DNA from: Octopus bimaculoides
Taxonomy: Eukaryota
NCBI RefSeq assembly: GCF_001194135.2
Contig: NC_068982.1
Location: 84,130,219 to 84,194,218, forward strand
Direction: 5' to 3'
Length of the DNA stretch: 64,000 bases
Shown here: piece after piece, positions 9,998-21,463 of the stretch
Position numbering within the stretch: the first letter of the stretch is position 1
Layout of the letters: every line of letters starts with the position of its first letter
Notes under the pieces: generated by a model
What the model saw: only the letters and a program-made list of their open reading frames with translations
Told to the model about the DNA's origin: nothing
Database searches by the model: none
Translations under genes and position numbers: made by a program

Positions 9998-11685
9998 ATG
10001 GGTAATTATGGAGTGAATTTTAGGGCTTATAAATCTAATATTTTCCTATCCTTCCTTAATACTGGTTCCCATATGCTACTCATATCTGCACTCAGTCTGC
10101 TTAGGAGGTTTTGTAACATATGTGGTCTCCGTTTTTCCATACATGATCAGCTATACCCGATTTATCAAAATCTCCTAGTATCACAGCTTTGCAATGTTCC
10201 TCTACCCTTATTTTGAGGAGCAGCATGTTTCGCCTTTGTATAACCTACCACAGCTGCATGGGATGGAGTACACGCAGTCTTTGGTCATATTCTCTTCTAT
10301 TGGTGGTTTTACTCGAAGGAGATATTTGCGAAGTGTTGTATTACTCTTGAATACTCTCCTGGTGTCGTATGGGCTGCATATCTTTTGTATCTTTTCAGAG
10401 AGGCCTTTCACATAGGGTAGACAGACTGGGAACAGTTTATTGGTTTCATCCTCCCTTTTCTTCATAACTGGAGTGGATAGTATGTTTTTGAGGTAGATGT
10501 TACTTAATAGATTGTTACTTAGTTTGATCATTTCTTCATGGTGGGTATCTTATATTCTTTGCTACTTATATTCTTTGCTTGATGTTTTAGGCACTGAGCA
10601 ATCCCTCTCTTTATACCGTATGGATGGTGGGAACTGAAGTTGAGGTGTCGTCCATTGAAGATTGGCTTGCAGTATAAGGGTGTCCTGAGTCCATAGTTGG
10701 ATGAGGACAAATATCCGTCAAATGTAAATAATGTACATAATTCTTCATCTCTTAAATAAAGAACTATATATCATGGAGTTACAAAGCAGAGAGATCTAAT
10801 GGATACAAAATGATTTATTAATTGATTAATATATTCTCCTACAACTGTATCATTTCACAAACAAAATTAAATAGCCTCATTTAAATATCCTCATTGTGAC
10901 GACCCTTCCCTTTATAGTCTTTTAGGACAGTTTTCATTTCTCCTTTGCGTTACCCATTTTTGNNNNNNNNNNNNNNNNNNNNNNNNNNNNNNNNNNNNNN
11001 NNNNNNNNNNNNNNNNNNNNNNNNNNNNNNNNNNNNNNNNNNNNNNNNNNNNNNNNNNNNNNNNNNNNNNNNNNNNNNNNNNNNNNNNNNNNNNNNNNNN
11101 NNNNNNNNNNNNNNNNNNNNNNNNNNNNNNNNNNNNNNNNNNNNNNNNNNNNNNNNNNNNNNNNNNNNNNNNNNNNNNNNNNNNNNNNNNNNNNNNNNNN
11201 NNNNNNNNNNNNNNNNNNNNNNNNNNNNNNNNNNNNNNNNNNNNNNNNNNNNNNNNNNNNNNNNNNNNNNNNNNNNNNNNNNNNNNNNNNNNCTTTATAG
11301 TCTTTTAGGACAGTTTTCATTTCTCCTTTGCGTTACCCATTTTTGTCTTGTCATGCAGCCCTAAGGCTTCTTTTTTTTTTGTATATGTATTATTATCATT
11401 TTAACTATTGTTTCCATGTGGCCCTAAGTCTTTATTCTGTTTATTGTTTTGTCCCTTGTCTGTTCACTAATGGTGTCATCTCGAGCCCATCTCTTTTTAT
11501 GTTTTGTCCCATTCCTGGCAAGTTTCTTGCCAGTGCCTCCAGAATGGAAGCAATATTATTGATAATGGCCAAAATTGCACTTGACCTTCTTGGCTGATAA
11601 CTGAAGAGGAGTTGGTGACCTGTGCTTTCTGTTCATCTGTGTATTTAGTATATGTTTGTACGTTTATTTATGACGTTTTTTTAAA

Positions 11686-11757
11686 TATATACACACACAC
11701 ACATATATACATACATATACATAAATATATATGTATATATATGTATATATATGTATA

Positions 11758-11818
<61 letters not shown>
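11686..11818. repeat. (TA)n/(TATG)n microsatellite running into an assembly gap
   Basis: Directly visible; similar tracts at 16915-17040, 17190-17400 and 41740-41793. Confidence 0.95.
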
Positions 11819-12453
11819 NNNNNNNNNNNNNNNNNNNNNNNNNNNNNNNNNNNNNNNNNNNNNNNNNNNNNNNNNNNNNNNNNNNNNNNNNNNNNNNNNN
11901 NNNNNNNNNNNNNNNNNNNNNNNNNNNNNNNNNNNNNNNNNNNNNNNNNNNNNNNNNNNNNNNNNNNNNNNNNNNNNNNNNNNNNNNNNNNNNNNNNNNN
12001 NNNNNNNNNNNNNNNNNNNNNNNNNNNNNNNNNNNNNNNNNNNNNNNNNNNNNNNNNNNNNNNNNNNNNNNNNNNNNNNNNNNNNNNNNNNNNNNNNNNN
12101 NNNNNNNNNNNNNNNNNNNNNNNNNNNNNNNNNNNNNNNNNNNNNNNNNNNNNNNNNNNNNNNNNNNNNNNNNNNNNNNNNNNNNNNNNNNNNNNNNNNN
12201 NNNNNNNNNNNNNNNNNNNNNNNNNNNNNNNNNNNNNNNNNNNNNNNNNNNNNNNNNNNNNNNNNNNNNNNNNNNNNNNNNNNNNNNNNNNNNNNNNNNN
12301 NNNNNNNNNNNNNNNNNNNNNNNNNNNNNNNNNNNNNNNNNNNNNNNNNNNNNNNNNNNNNNNNNNNNNNNNNNNNNNNNNNNNNNNNNNNNNNNNNNNN
12401 NNNNNNNNNNNNNNNNNNNNNNNNNNNNNNNNNNNNNNNNNNNNNNNNNNNNN

Positions 12454-14640
12454 TAGACAAAGTTGTCTACTACCTTCAGAATTGTTCCTTCAACCAAGAT
12501 AGCTGGTTTCACATATTGATTTCCTGGTGCAGGCTGGAACATTACAACAGTCTTGTCCAGGCTAATGCCAAGTCCAAATGCCTTGCAAGAAGCAGAAATG
12601 CAATTCATGAGTATTTGCATGTCATCCACTGTATGAGTGACTAAGTCACAGTCATCTGCATAAAGGAGGTCATGAATAATAGACTGGAGAACCTTTGAAT
12701 TGGCAGCAAATCAGTGAAGATTAAAGAGGCGGCCAGAAGATCGATATCTGACATATATTCCCAGAGAGATAACCTTAGCAAAAGCATGAGTAAAAGCAGT
12801 AGCAAAGAGAGTTGGGGCAAGGATGTCACTCTACTTGACACCATTCTCTACAAGAATGGGTCCCGCCATGCAACCACCAACAATGACCCAAGCCTCCATC
12901 CCCATCATGAAATGATTTAATTATAGATTTAAAGTGATCTGGACATCCAAGTTTGCCAAGTATTTTCTATAGAAAGGCCCTATTTACAGTATCAAAAGCC
13001 TTTGTTAAATCATTACTTCATCTATTGAGGGCGAAGAATCTAAGGAGCCAATGATAGGTCTTTGTTGCATAGTATCAATCACTGTTTCATCCACAACTGA
13101 CTCATGGTTTAGGAGTTCAGAGAAGTTTGATCCAGCGACCTGTGATTTCTGTTGATTTAGTAAACAGGGTGGAAGACTCCTTGGAAAGCAGACGAGCTGA
13201 TGTGGAGCTCTTAGGTCCATAAGCTTGCTTTATAAGATGGTAAAGCTTCTTACTGTCATTTGCATGAGCAGCAACCTGAACATCACGAGCAAGATCCTCC
13301 CACTAAGCGTTCTGCATCTTCCTGAGAGATTGCTGCAGTAGTGATTTTACACTGTTATAGACTTCGCTGCACAGTAGACAGTTCTCTGTGTAGCAATACA
13401 CTGTGAGCATGGCACTTTACCACCAATAGTCGCTGAACTTCAGCATCATTCTCGTCAAACCTGTCTCTGTGTCTGGCAGTAACATATCCCAGAGTTTTGG
13501 CTGCACATTGTAGAACGTGGTCTCGAAAATCCTCCCATGCTGCAGCAGTTTCAATGCTGGACAAGTGAGTCTGAAGTTCTTTCCTAACCACAACATCATA
13601 TACCTTGTGGACATTTAGACGGCGAGGGATTCTGACTGGTCCTCTTCTCTCTTTTACTCTAATTACCATTCGGAACTTTGCTCACACTAGACTGTGGTCT
13701 GTCCAGCATTCCGATCCATGGAAGGACTTGATGTTACAAATGTCATAAATGTCGCGCTTGCGGATGATGATATAATCCAGCAAGTGCCAAACTTTGGACC
13801 TTGGATGCATCCATGTTGTTGTGTGATCACCTTTGTGCATAAAATGAGTGCTTGCAATGTAAAGTCCATGTTCTTCGCAAAGCTTCAGTAGCATGAGACC
13901 ATTGCTATTCATTTTCCCTACTCCAAAATGTCCTAGAGAGTTCCATGTTTGCCAGTCTGTTCCAACTCTGGCATTAAAATCCCCCAGTAGAATGACTTTA
14001 TCAGAATTGGGGATTTTTCTAAGTATGGCTCTCAGATGGGTATAAAACATTGTTTNNNNNNNNNNAGACTGCAAAACCAACACCAGCCTCTCTGCGCTCC
14101 TCCTTCTGCCTTCCTTTCCAAAAAAAGGTGTATCCACCCCCTACTTCCTCAAGCTGACCATCACCTTCTATACGAGTCTCTGAGAGTGCAGCTATATCAA
14201 TTTTATAATGGTTCAGCTCACGAGCAACAAGTGCAATGCGTCTTTCAGGCCTACAATCACTCTTGTTGTGCAACAGAGTGTGCACATTCCAACATGAAAT
14301 GTTTAAGTTCCGTCCAGATTTTATAAATAAAAGACTCTTTGTTTTTCGATCACAGGGTGGATATCCGTCAGTCGCGCTAAACTGACCAGATATGGAACGA
14401 CAGGCAATTTTTGGTTCACCTTTTCTAGAACCTCCCCGGTCTCCGGGTGAGCAGTGCCCTCTCCAAATGGAGCTGCTAAGACACCCATGCAGCAACCGAA
14501 TCCTACCGCTGTCTTGGGCAACAAAGAGACGACTTTATATCTAGCATGGGCCGCCTACGTGCAGGTCGCTGACTACATGCTTCCAACCCATCAAGTCTGC
14601 ATGCTTCGCCACCTTCCCATCGCCGCAGGACTTCCGAATA
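12454..14640 (-). mobile_element. Second RTE family (BovB/Expander-like) LINE, degenerate and internally deleted, 3' end lost in gap
   Basis: APE motifs LNISCWNVHTL, IAALSETR, GYTFFWKG, LLGDFNARVG, LLDYII, WTDHSLV; RT end FGLGISLDKTVVM...KVVDNFV with no PHD insertion; many stops and frameshifts. Confidence 0.9.
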
Positions 14641-14698
14641 AAAAATATATATAAATATATACTAAAAATGAAGAAAATATATACTAAAAATAAGATAA

Positions 14699-15934
14699 TC
14701 TATATCTATAAAAGAGAGGATGTGTGTGTGTGTGTGTGTGTACGTGAATGTAGCTTATGCACGTCCACAAATTAGCAAGCATGTCGCTCCAATTTTAGGA
14801 GGACATTGTTCATGACCCTATCTGTGTTTCTGTCAACTTTTTCTCTCAGAGGCACCCGCGTATAGCTGTAAAAATCGATAAACTTTTACCAATTTTGAAG
14901 TTTGACATGGCGAAGTCAAATATGTGCGTACGCGCGTGAAGGAGAGAGAGAGCAAGAAGAGAGAGAAAGAAAGAAAGAAAGAGAGGGAGAAAGAAAGAAA
15001 GAGAGAGAGAAAGAAAGAGAAAGAAAGAAAGAAATAGTATGTTTGTGACAACGGGAGAAACAGTGTTTGCCAAGCGTCTAAAAAAAAAAATGAAAAAGTG
15101 GAAGAGGGAGACAAAGCGGCTAAGGAAAAAAAATTCTCTCACCAAGACAGTGTCTAACAAAAACAAAAAAAAAAGGAACGAACAAGTGGAAGGGGGAGAC
15201 AGTGTATTACGAAAGAAAATGTAGCTAAGGAAGACAGAGTAAAATGCATTTTTTTTCTTAAACATGAGATATAGTTTCAATTGTAAGATGTTTTTGAAAG
15301 ACACTATATTCTATAATAAGATTATATATACTTTCTCACATAACAATTAAAATATATTTATTTTAAATCATTTATTTATTTTAAATCGTTCATCTTTCTC
15401 CCCCCTCTCACTCTCACACATACGCACNNNNNNNNNNCCAACCCACCCCAACCCGTTTTTCGGACCACAAAAACGGTTTGGTAATTTTTCAGATTAACAC
15501 CCGCACGATTTCCACTAGGGTGTTACGGTTAGGATTAAGATTAGGGTTAGGGTTACGGTTTTAGGGTCAGAGTTAGGGTTAGGGTTAGAGTTAACCTAGA
15601 AGGGAGAGGCCCCTTATTTTTTGGTTAAGGTTGTTGGTAAGCTTTCCTAAGTTACTCCAATCCAGATCCCCAATGCAAACCTTCAGATCAACCTTCTCCT
15701 ATGCAGATCTCTAATGCAACATTTAAAAAAAGAGTCAATGAGTGAAATTAACCAATAAACTGATTCTTTATGGGATTTCCCAATCAAATTGCCAGCAAAC
15801 CATTTTCAGCCAAACCAATTTCAACGGATTTCGCTCAAATCTGATGTCGATGTTACTTATTTTGGTTTAAAATAAAGCACTTAATCAAATAATAATCCTA
15901 GCTTAATCCGAGCAGCACTGGGCTATACAGCTAG
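14699..15934 (+). mobile_element. Non-autonomous Helitron-like element
   Basis: Begins A|TCTATATCTATAAAAG followed by (GT)n; ends with a decayed GC hairpin (ccgagcagcactggg), then CTAG|T at 15931-15935. Confidence 0.55.
15480..15597 (+). mobile_element. TTAGGG-containing MITE, left end plus telomeric tract
   Basis: GGTAATTTTTCAGATTAACACCCGCACGATTT matches the TIR of the 31442-31578 element; followed by degenerate TTAGGG repeats. Confidence 0.65.
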
Positions 15935-15984
15935 TTATACACTAAAAATAAGATAAATATATATAGGGAAAAAAACCCACACAT

Positions 15985-16510
15985 GTCGAGCAGAGGTCAG
16001 CAATGCCTGTGGTGAGTTTTAGGTCCAATGAGGCTTGTACAACACCTTATAGACCCTCTCCACTTTATTGACATTATCCAGAGACAAGCTGAAGCAAGAT
16101 GTCTGGTGCCAATATAAGTTGCAGGCTCAGGGATGTGGGAGCGCCGTGATCTCTAGCACAAACCAAAGATCTCCAAAATGTCCAATGCCATTCCCTGCAT
16201 ATTTGGTTTTATATCAGAGTGACCTTCTAGAGACATGCTTCAACAAAAGCTGAGGGGCGCCTCACTCCCAGTGGTCTTTCAGCACGCCAGACACCATCCC
16301 GGAATTTCTGCGTACCCGTGCTATTGCTAGATAGTTGTTGAGCCTGCACTAGGTCCATCCGAGCTTTCAACAGGTCTTGTTTTTAATCCTGCTGGGTTTC
16401 TAGCAACCCTCCTCACCAGGGTAGCCTGGTGGGGGTGCCAGTTTAGTCGCCGGCAACCCGACCATGCAACAGGTTGTACTGGATTACATGTTACCAGTAG
16501 CACTTATGAG
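15985..16510 (-). mobile_element. Non-coding retroelement-like segment (possible RTE 5' UTR derivative)
   Basis: GC-richer block with a strong hairpin CCTCACCAGG-GTAG-CCTGGTGGGG and an HDV-like J4/2 motif GGCGACTAAACTGG at its minus-strand 5' end; no ORF. Confidence 0.35.
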
Positions 16511-17186
16511 AGCCTCATACATGACCTAACATACATACATATATACATATATATGTCATTATGAGGATATAAAAGCCTCTTATAGGAATGGTTCCATCCA
16601 AGTTTCACTGGTTTAATATATTATAGTGTTAAGAGATATCTCTTAAATAAATATATTATAAATATCAAATTAAGTAAGAAAATGGAAAGATTTAAAGGAT
16701 ATGAATTAATTTATTAATTAACATGGCCTGCAATTGTTTCAATTAACATTCATTGCAAATTACAAAACATATGTAATAAAATAAGTTTGCCTTTTGAAAA
16801 TTTTGAGTGAAATATCATCAGAGTGAAAGGACATTAAGGAAGTTACATGTAGATCAGTTGAGATATTCCAACAAACTAAGTATATGAAAGTATGTTTAGT
16901 TATTTATACCATAACTATATATATATATATATATATATATANNNNNNNNNNNNNNNNNNNNNNNNNNNNNNNNNNNNNNNNNNNNNNNNNNNNNNNNNNN
17001 NNNNNNNNNNNNNNNNNNNNTATATGTATATGTATATATATAATTATGGTATATTCTCATAATGCAGGGAACCAGTTGCATAATCAAGTACCTGCACACC
17101 TGGAGAATTACGCTGCCTCAAAACAATTGTATTGATTAAAAAATAAATGTTCAATTCTACCCCTTCTTGTTGACTCCAATTTTCTC

Positions 17187-17222
<36 letters not shown>

Positions 17223-17340
17223 TAAAGTGTAACCATAGGAGAAAGGTAACAAGAAAAGAGAGAGATGAAAAAATGTGTGGTGTAAGTGTGTGTGTGTGTG
17301 TGCACATATATGTATGCGTATATATGCATATATGTGTGTA

Positions 17341-17400
<60 letters not shown>

Positions 17401-17408
17401 TATATATA

Positions 17409-17436
17409 CTAGCTGACATACCCGGTAATTCCCGGG
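17409..17436 (-). mobile_element. Helitron 3' terminus (element extends to higher coordinates, 5' end not found)
   Basis: Minus strand CCCGG-GAATTA-CCGGG hairpin, then TATGTCAG, then CTAG|T: a canonical Helitron 3' end. Confidence 0.7.
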
Positions 17437-18084
17437 AAAGTGGGGCTTATCTCTTGGTTCTATTCTCATAATTGTTTCGCTAATCCAGTAACAACAATAC
17501 AAAGTATGTAGCCCTGAAAACGGTTTTTGTACCTTTATTGAGAATACTGAACTGTCTTGCACAGGATCTTGTCTTTAGGAATTCCCCATAAGTTATGAAT
17601 ACTCAAATTGTGAAGTCAGTTATGTAATAACATGATATTAATTACCAGATAGTAAGAATTCAAATAAAGTAGTCCCAAAAGTAGCTTTAATACATTCCTA
17701 GAGTATATAGAACTTAGGAGGAAATACTAATAAGGTATAATACTAAAACTGTGAAGATTGTTATGTAATAACAGGCTAATCAGCTATGAGATAATAACAA
17801 TTCAAAGTAAATAACTCTGAAAAAAGCTTTTGTGTGTTCACAGAGAATATCACCCTCAGCGGTGCTAGTGTTGGTATATTCGTGAATAAATCGCTAACTG
17901 AAACAAGTGGATCTATTGTTTAGGAAAATACTATTTACTTGTTTAAGCATTGTACTGGATAAATGGCAAAAAAAAACTCAAATAGTTCACACAACTAAGA
18001 AATAAGTATACTCAATTTGATTTATATGAAATAATTTACGAACATGAATGGGTTATTTCCCTTGGCTATATATAAGGATCCCTT

Positions 18085-18660
18085 TCAGGATCGTTGGTTT
18101 GTCCGTCTCTGTGCAAAATAACTCAAAAAGATGTAAACGGTATTTAATGAAACTTGCAGGAAAAGTTGGTAATGACACAAGGAAATTTTAGTAGTGATCC
18201 GGGAATTTTTATGGATTCTTGAAGGATTTTTCATTTGTTATATTTACTTTACATGAAGTATTACGTTACATTCTTTGATTATCTCCCTTGAAAACACGTT
18301 CATTGTTTCAGCGTAACCTATGGTGGCGTTGCTGTTTCCAAAGTTTATTTTCGTTTCCCTATTAGTAATTTTACTTGCATTGTGTGTTATCACTCAAGCT
18401 TCAGGTAATTGTTTCTTTTTAGTTGTATGGTGAAACTAGTTTGCTGTTGTCATTGATGTATTATAACTGCTTCAGATGATTCCTGTTTTTAAAGTTTTTT
18501 TTTTTTAAATCATATGATTGTGTTATTTTTTTTAACCCCGCCAAGGAGGTTATGTTTTTGCTGGCATTGGTTTGGGAAATTTGGCGATTTTCAGCATGCG
18601 TGTATATGGGTGGAAATGAGCTGCTTGGCGGAGGTCTGTGCTCTCCAAGTGCTTTTCTAG
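18085..18660 (+). mobile_element. Helentron-associated non-autonomous element (HINE-like)
   Basis: Subterminal inverted repeats CCCCGCCAAG (18536-18545) and CTTGGCGGAGG (18624-18634), 3' gtgctctccaagtgc hairpin and CTAG|T end; interior motif gtgcaaaataactcaaaaag at about 18105. Confidence 0.6.
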
Positions 18661-18664
18661 TTTC

Positions 18665-19345
18665 ATGTTAGGTATGTTATTAAACACACACACACATCTA
18701 CACATACATATACATATGTAATGGTATGTTATTAAACACACACACATGTCTAGACATACATATATATCTATGTGACGGTTGACATGCATGAATGTATGGC
18801 TGTGTGTGGCTGTCTTACTACATGTATGTGAGGGCTGGTCAGTGTCAATATGAAATTTTATTTTCATTTCGATTAAAGCACTATAACATTTCATAGAGAT
18901 AATCTTTCTATTGTCAACAGGACATCTTATACCACGACAACAATGACATCACATTTTGCATATGACTGTGTATCTGTCTGTGAGTGTATGTGTGTAAGTG
19001 TATGAGTGTGTATATGTCTCATAGGTATGTTATTAAACATACATACATCTACACATACATATACATATATAACGACTGAATGTATGTCTCCGTGTGGCTA
19101 TCTTAGTATATATATATGTGAGTGTATATTAGGAATATTTTATACCACAACAACAACAATGATAACATCACATTTTGTATATGAGTGTACATCTGTCTGT
19201 GAGTGTATGAATGTGTATGTGTCTGTGAGTGTGTGTGTTTCCATGTTATATATGTTATTAAACACACACACACACACATCTAGATATACATATACACATG
19301 TGACGACTGACGTGTCTGAATGTATGTATGTGAGTATTAGAGGTG
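18665..19345. repeat. Degenerate microsatellite-rich tandem repeat
   Basis: Anchor tatgttattaaaca recurs at about 18673, 18725, 19025 and 19251; ataccac..acaacaatga recurs at about 18929 and 19142. Confidence 0.7.
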
Positions 19346-20316
19346 AAACTCTTGATAAAAACAATGAGGTGGCAAGTTCCAAAGTGTATATAAAAAAAAT
19401 ACACATTTACTGTTCCATTACCAGTTGGTAATTATCGCAGCAGTTGAAAGGTTGCAAGGTATTTACAATTACATATTTACCCTTACATCAAGAAATTTAT
19501 ATAATTCTTTGTCTCTCTGTACTAATTATTGTGGCATTTGCTGTTAAATTAGCAGTTCCATACATGTGCTTCTATTTCGTTCATTTGCTTATATTTAGTT
19601 AATTTACACTGTATACAAAAATACAGAGATACTATATTCATACCATGCAGTAAGCCATTATGCCTTATTTTTTCAAGTAATTCATCACTACATATTCTCA
19701 TGTGACCGCATAGGCTCACTTTATGTTTCTTATTCTACAGTCACACCAGCAATCCAATGTCAACCCTTCACCTTCTGCAACATTTCAGCAGTTCACTTCC
19801 CTGTTGCCGTCTCCCATTGCAGTCCATTTTGAGAATGTACCCATTTACGTACACTATCTCCATTACACCTCCATTCATTTGACTATCAACCATACAATGA
19901 GTCATGTTAGATGCAGCGCTGACCACCTTAAAGGCATATATATCCAGTGACAGCTTTTCGATGGATTCAAAAATTACATACCCCACCCCCACTCCCAATT
20001 TTTCCATGATAGGTCAGGGCATGGAATCCTCCAAACAGATGTATTACTTGTCACTTGGCATTTTGTGGTTGAATACTTGCATACTTGAATACTGTTCTAA
20101 TCTGCTTAGCTCCTCCTCTGCCTGATCTATCCTCTCTCTAAAAGTACTAAATCTCATCTCATCTAGGTTGTCCCATAGGATACCCACAAAAGTACTAAAA
20201 GAAAGCAATATTAAAAGCTTAACTGTCTGGAAATATTTTTATAAATTCATGTTCTAAGAAATTGCCTATAATTTTGACTTCTGAAGTTTATTGAATTTTT
20301 TTAACTCCAAATTTTC

Positions 20317-20500
20317 GCAGGAGTGGTTGTGTGGTAAGTAGCTTGCTCACCAACCACATGGATCTGGGTTCAGTCCCACTGCATGGCACCTTGGGCAAAT
20401 GTCTTCTACTATAGCCTCGGGCCAACTAAAGCCTTGTGATTGGATTTGGTAGATGGAAACTGAAAGAAGCCCATTGTATATATGTATATGTGTATATATA
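20317..20500 (+). mobile_element. tRNA-derived CORE-like SINE, 5' portion (truncated by gap)
   Basis: A-box-like tggttgtgtggtaag, B-box-like gggttcagtccc, then ggcaccttgggcaaatgtcttc (CORE-like), then (TA)n. Confidence 0.8.
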
Positions 20501-21014
20501 TANNNNNNNNNNNNNNNNNNNNNNNNNNNNNNNNNNNNNNNNNNNNNNNNNNNNNNNNNNNNNNNNNNNNNNNNNNNNNNNNNNNNNNNNNNNNNNNNNN
20601 NNNNNNNNNNNNNNNNNNNNNNNNNNNNNNNNNNNNNNNNNNNNNNNNNNNNNNNNNNNNNNNNNNNNNNNNNNNNNNNNNNNNNNNNNNNNNNNNNNNN
20701 NNNNNNNNNNNNNNNNNNNNNNNNNNNNNNNNNNNNNNNNNNNNNNNNNNNNNNNNNNNNNNNNNNNNNNNNNNNNNNNNNNNNNNNNNNNNNNNNNNNN
20801 NNNNNNNNNNNNNNNNNNNNNNNNNNNNNNNNNNNNNNNNNNNNNNNNNNNNNNNNNNNNNNNNNNNNNNNNNNNNNNNNNNNNNNNNNNNNNNNNNNNN
20901 NNNNNNNNNNNNNNNNNNNNNNNNNNNNNNNNNNNNNNNNNNNNNNNNNNNNNNNNNNNNNNNNNNNNNNNNNNNNNNNNNNNNNNNNNNNNNNNNNNNN
21001 NNNATATATATAGT

Positions 21015-21233
21015 TTTATTTTTTTACTTGTTTCAGGCATTTGACTGCGGCTATGCTGGAGTACCACCTTGAGGGGTTTTAGCCAAAAAATCGACCCCAG
21101 GACTTATTTTTTAAGCCTAGTACTCTAGTACTTATTCTATCAGTCTCTTTTGCTGAACTGCTAAGTTAAGGGACATAGATACACCAATACTAATTGTGAA
21201 GTGGTGATGGGGGGGAACAAATACAGACACAAA

Positions 21234-21280
<47 letters not shown>

Positions 21281-21463
21281 ACACAGAGGCATATACATAT
21301 ATAAATATGCGACAAGCTTGTTTCAGTTTCTGTCTACCAAATCCACTCACAAGGCTTTGTTTGACTTGGGGCTATAGCAGAAAACACTTACCCAAGGCAC
21401 CATGCAGTGGAACTGAACCCAGAATCATGTAGTTGGGAAGCAAGCTTCTTACCACACAGTCAC
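21015..21463 (-). mobile_element. Near full-length tRNA-derived SINE with an internal (CA)/(TA) microsatellite
   Basis: 21307-21463 is the reverse complement of 20317-20480; body and tail continue to about 21015. Confidence 0.8.

Larger units (their letters stand above)
9771..10760 (-). mobile_element. 5'-truncated Penelope-like retroelement (RT C-terminus, GIY-YIG endonuclease, 3' terminal repeat)
   Basis: Minus-strand peptides LNFSSHHPYGIKRGIAQCL (PLE RT thumb), CLPYVKGLSEKI, VYSIPCSCGRLYKGET (GIY-YIG), LKIRVEEH...SGIADHVW, SSIWEPVLRK; stop at 10027-10029; hammerhead in the 3' tail. Confidence 0.9.

Noticed and set aside
10911-11344. Identical ~52-bp sequence on both sides of the 10963-11292 gap
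   Set aside because: Typical unmerged contig overlap; most likely an assembly artefact, not a TSD or LTR pair.
11328-11640. Possible host exon (FSYQPRRSSAILAIINNIASILEALARN... on minus)
   Set aside because: No recognisable homology and no convincing paired splice sites.
10934-12644. Long ORFs spanning N-runs and (TA)n (also 20426-21072, 28613-29272, 31864-32346, 41629-42080)
   Set aside because: They are open only because N and TA repeats contain no stops. Only the 12454-12629 portion is real RT sequence.
15520-15597. Chromosome end or true telomere
   Set aside because: TTAGGG tracts are short, degenerate, interstitial and mostly bounded by TIRs.
19768-20007. ORF containing GVGYVIFESIE resembling an RRM RNP1 motif
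   Set aside because: The rest of the RRM pattern is absent; a single short motif is insufficient.
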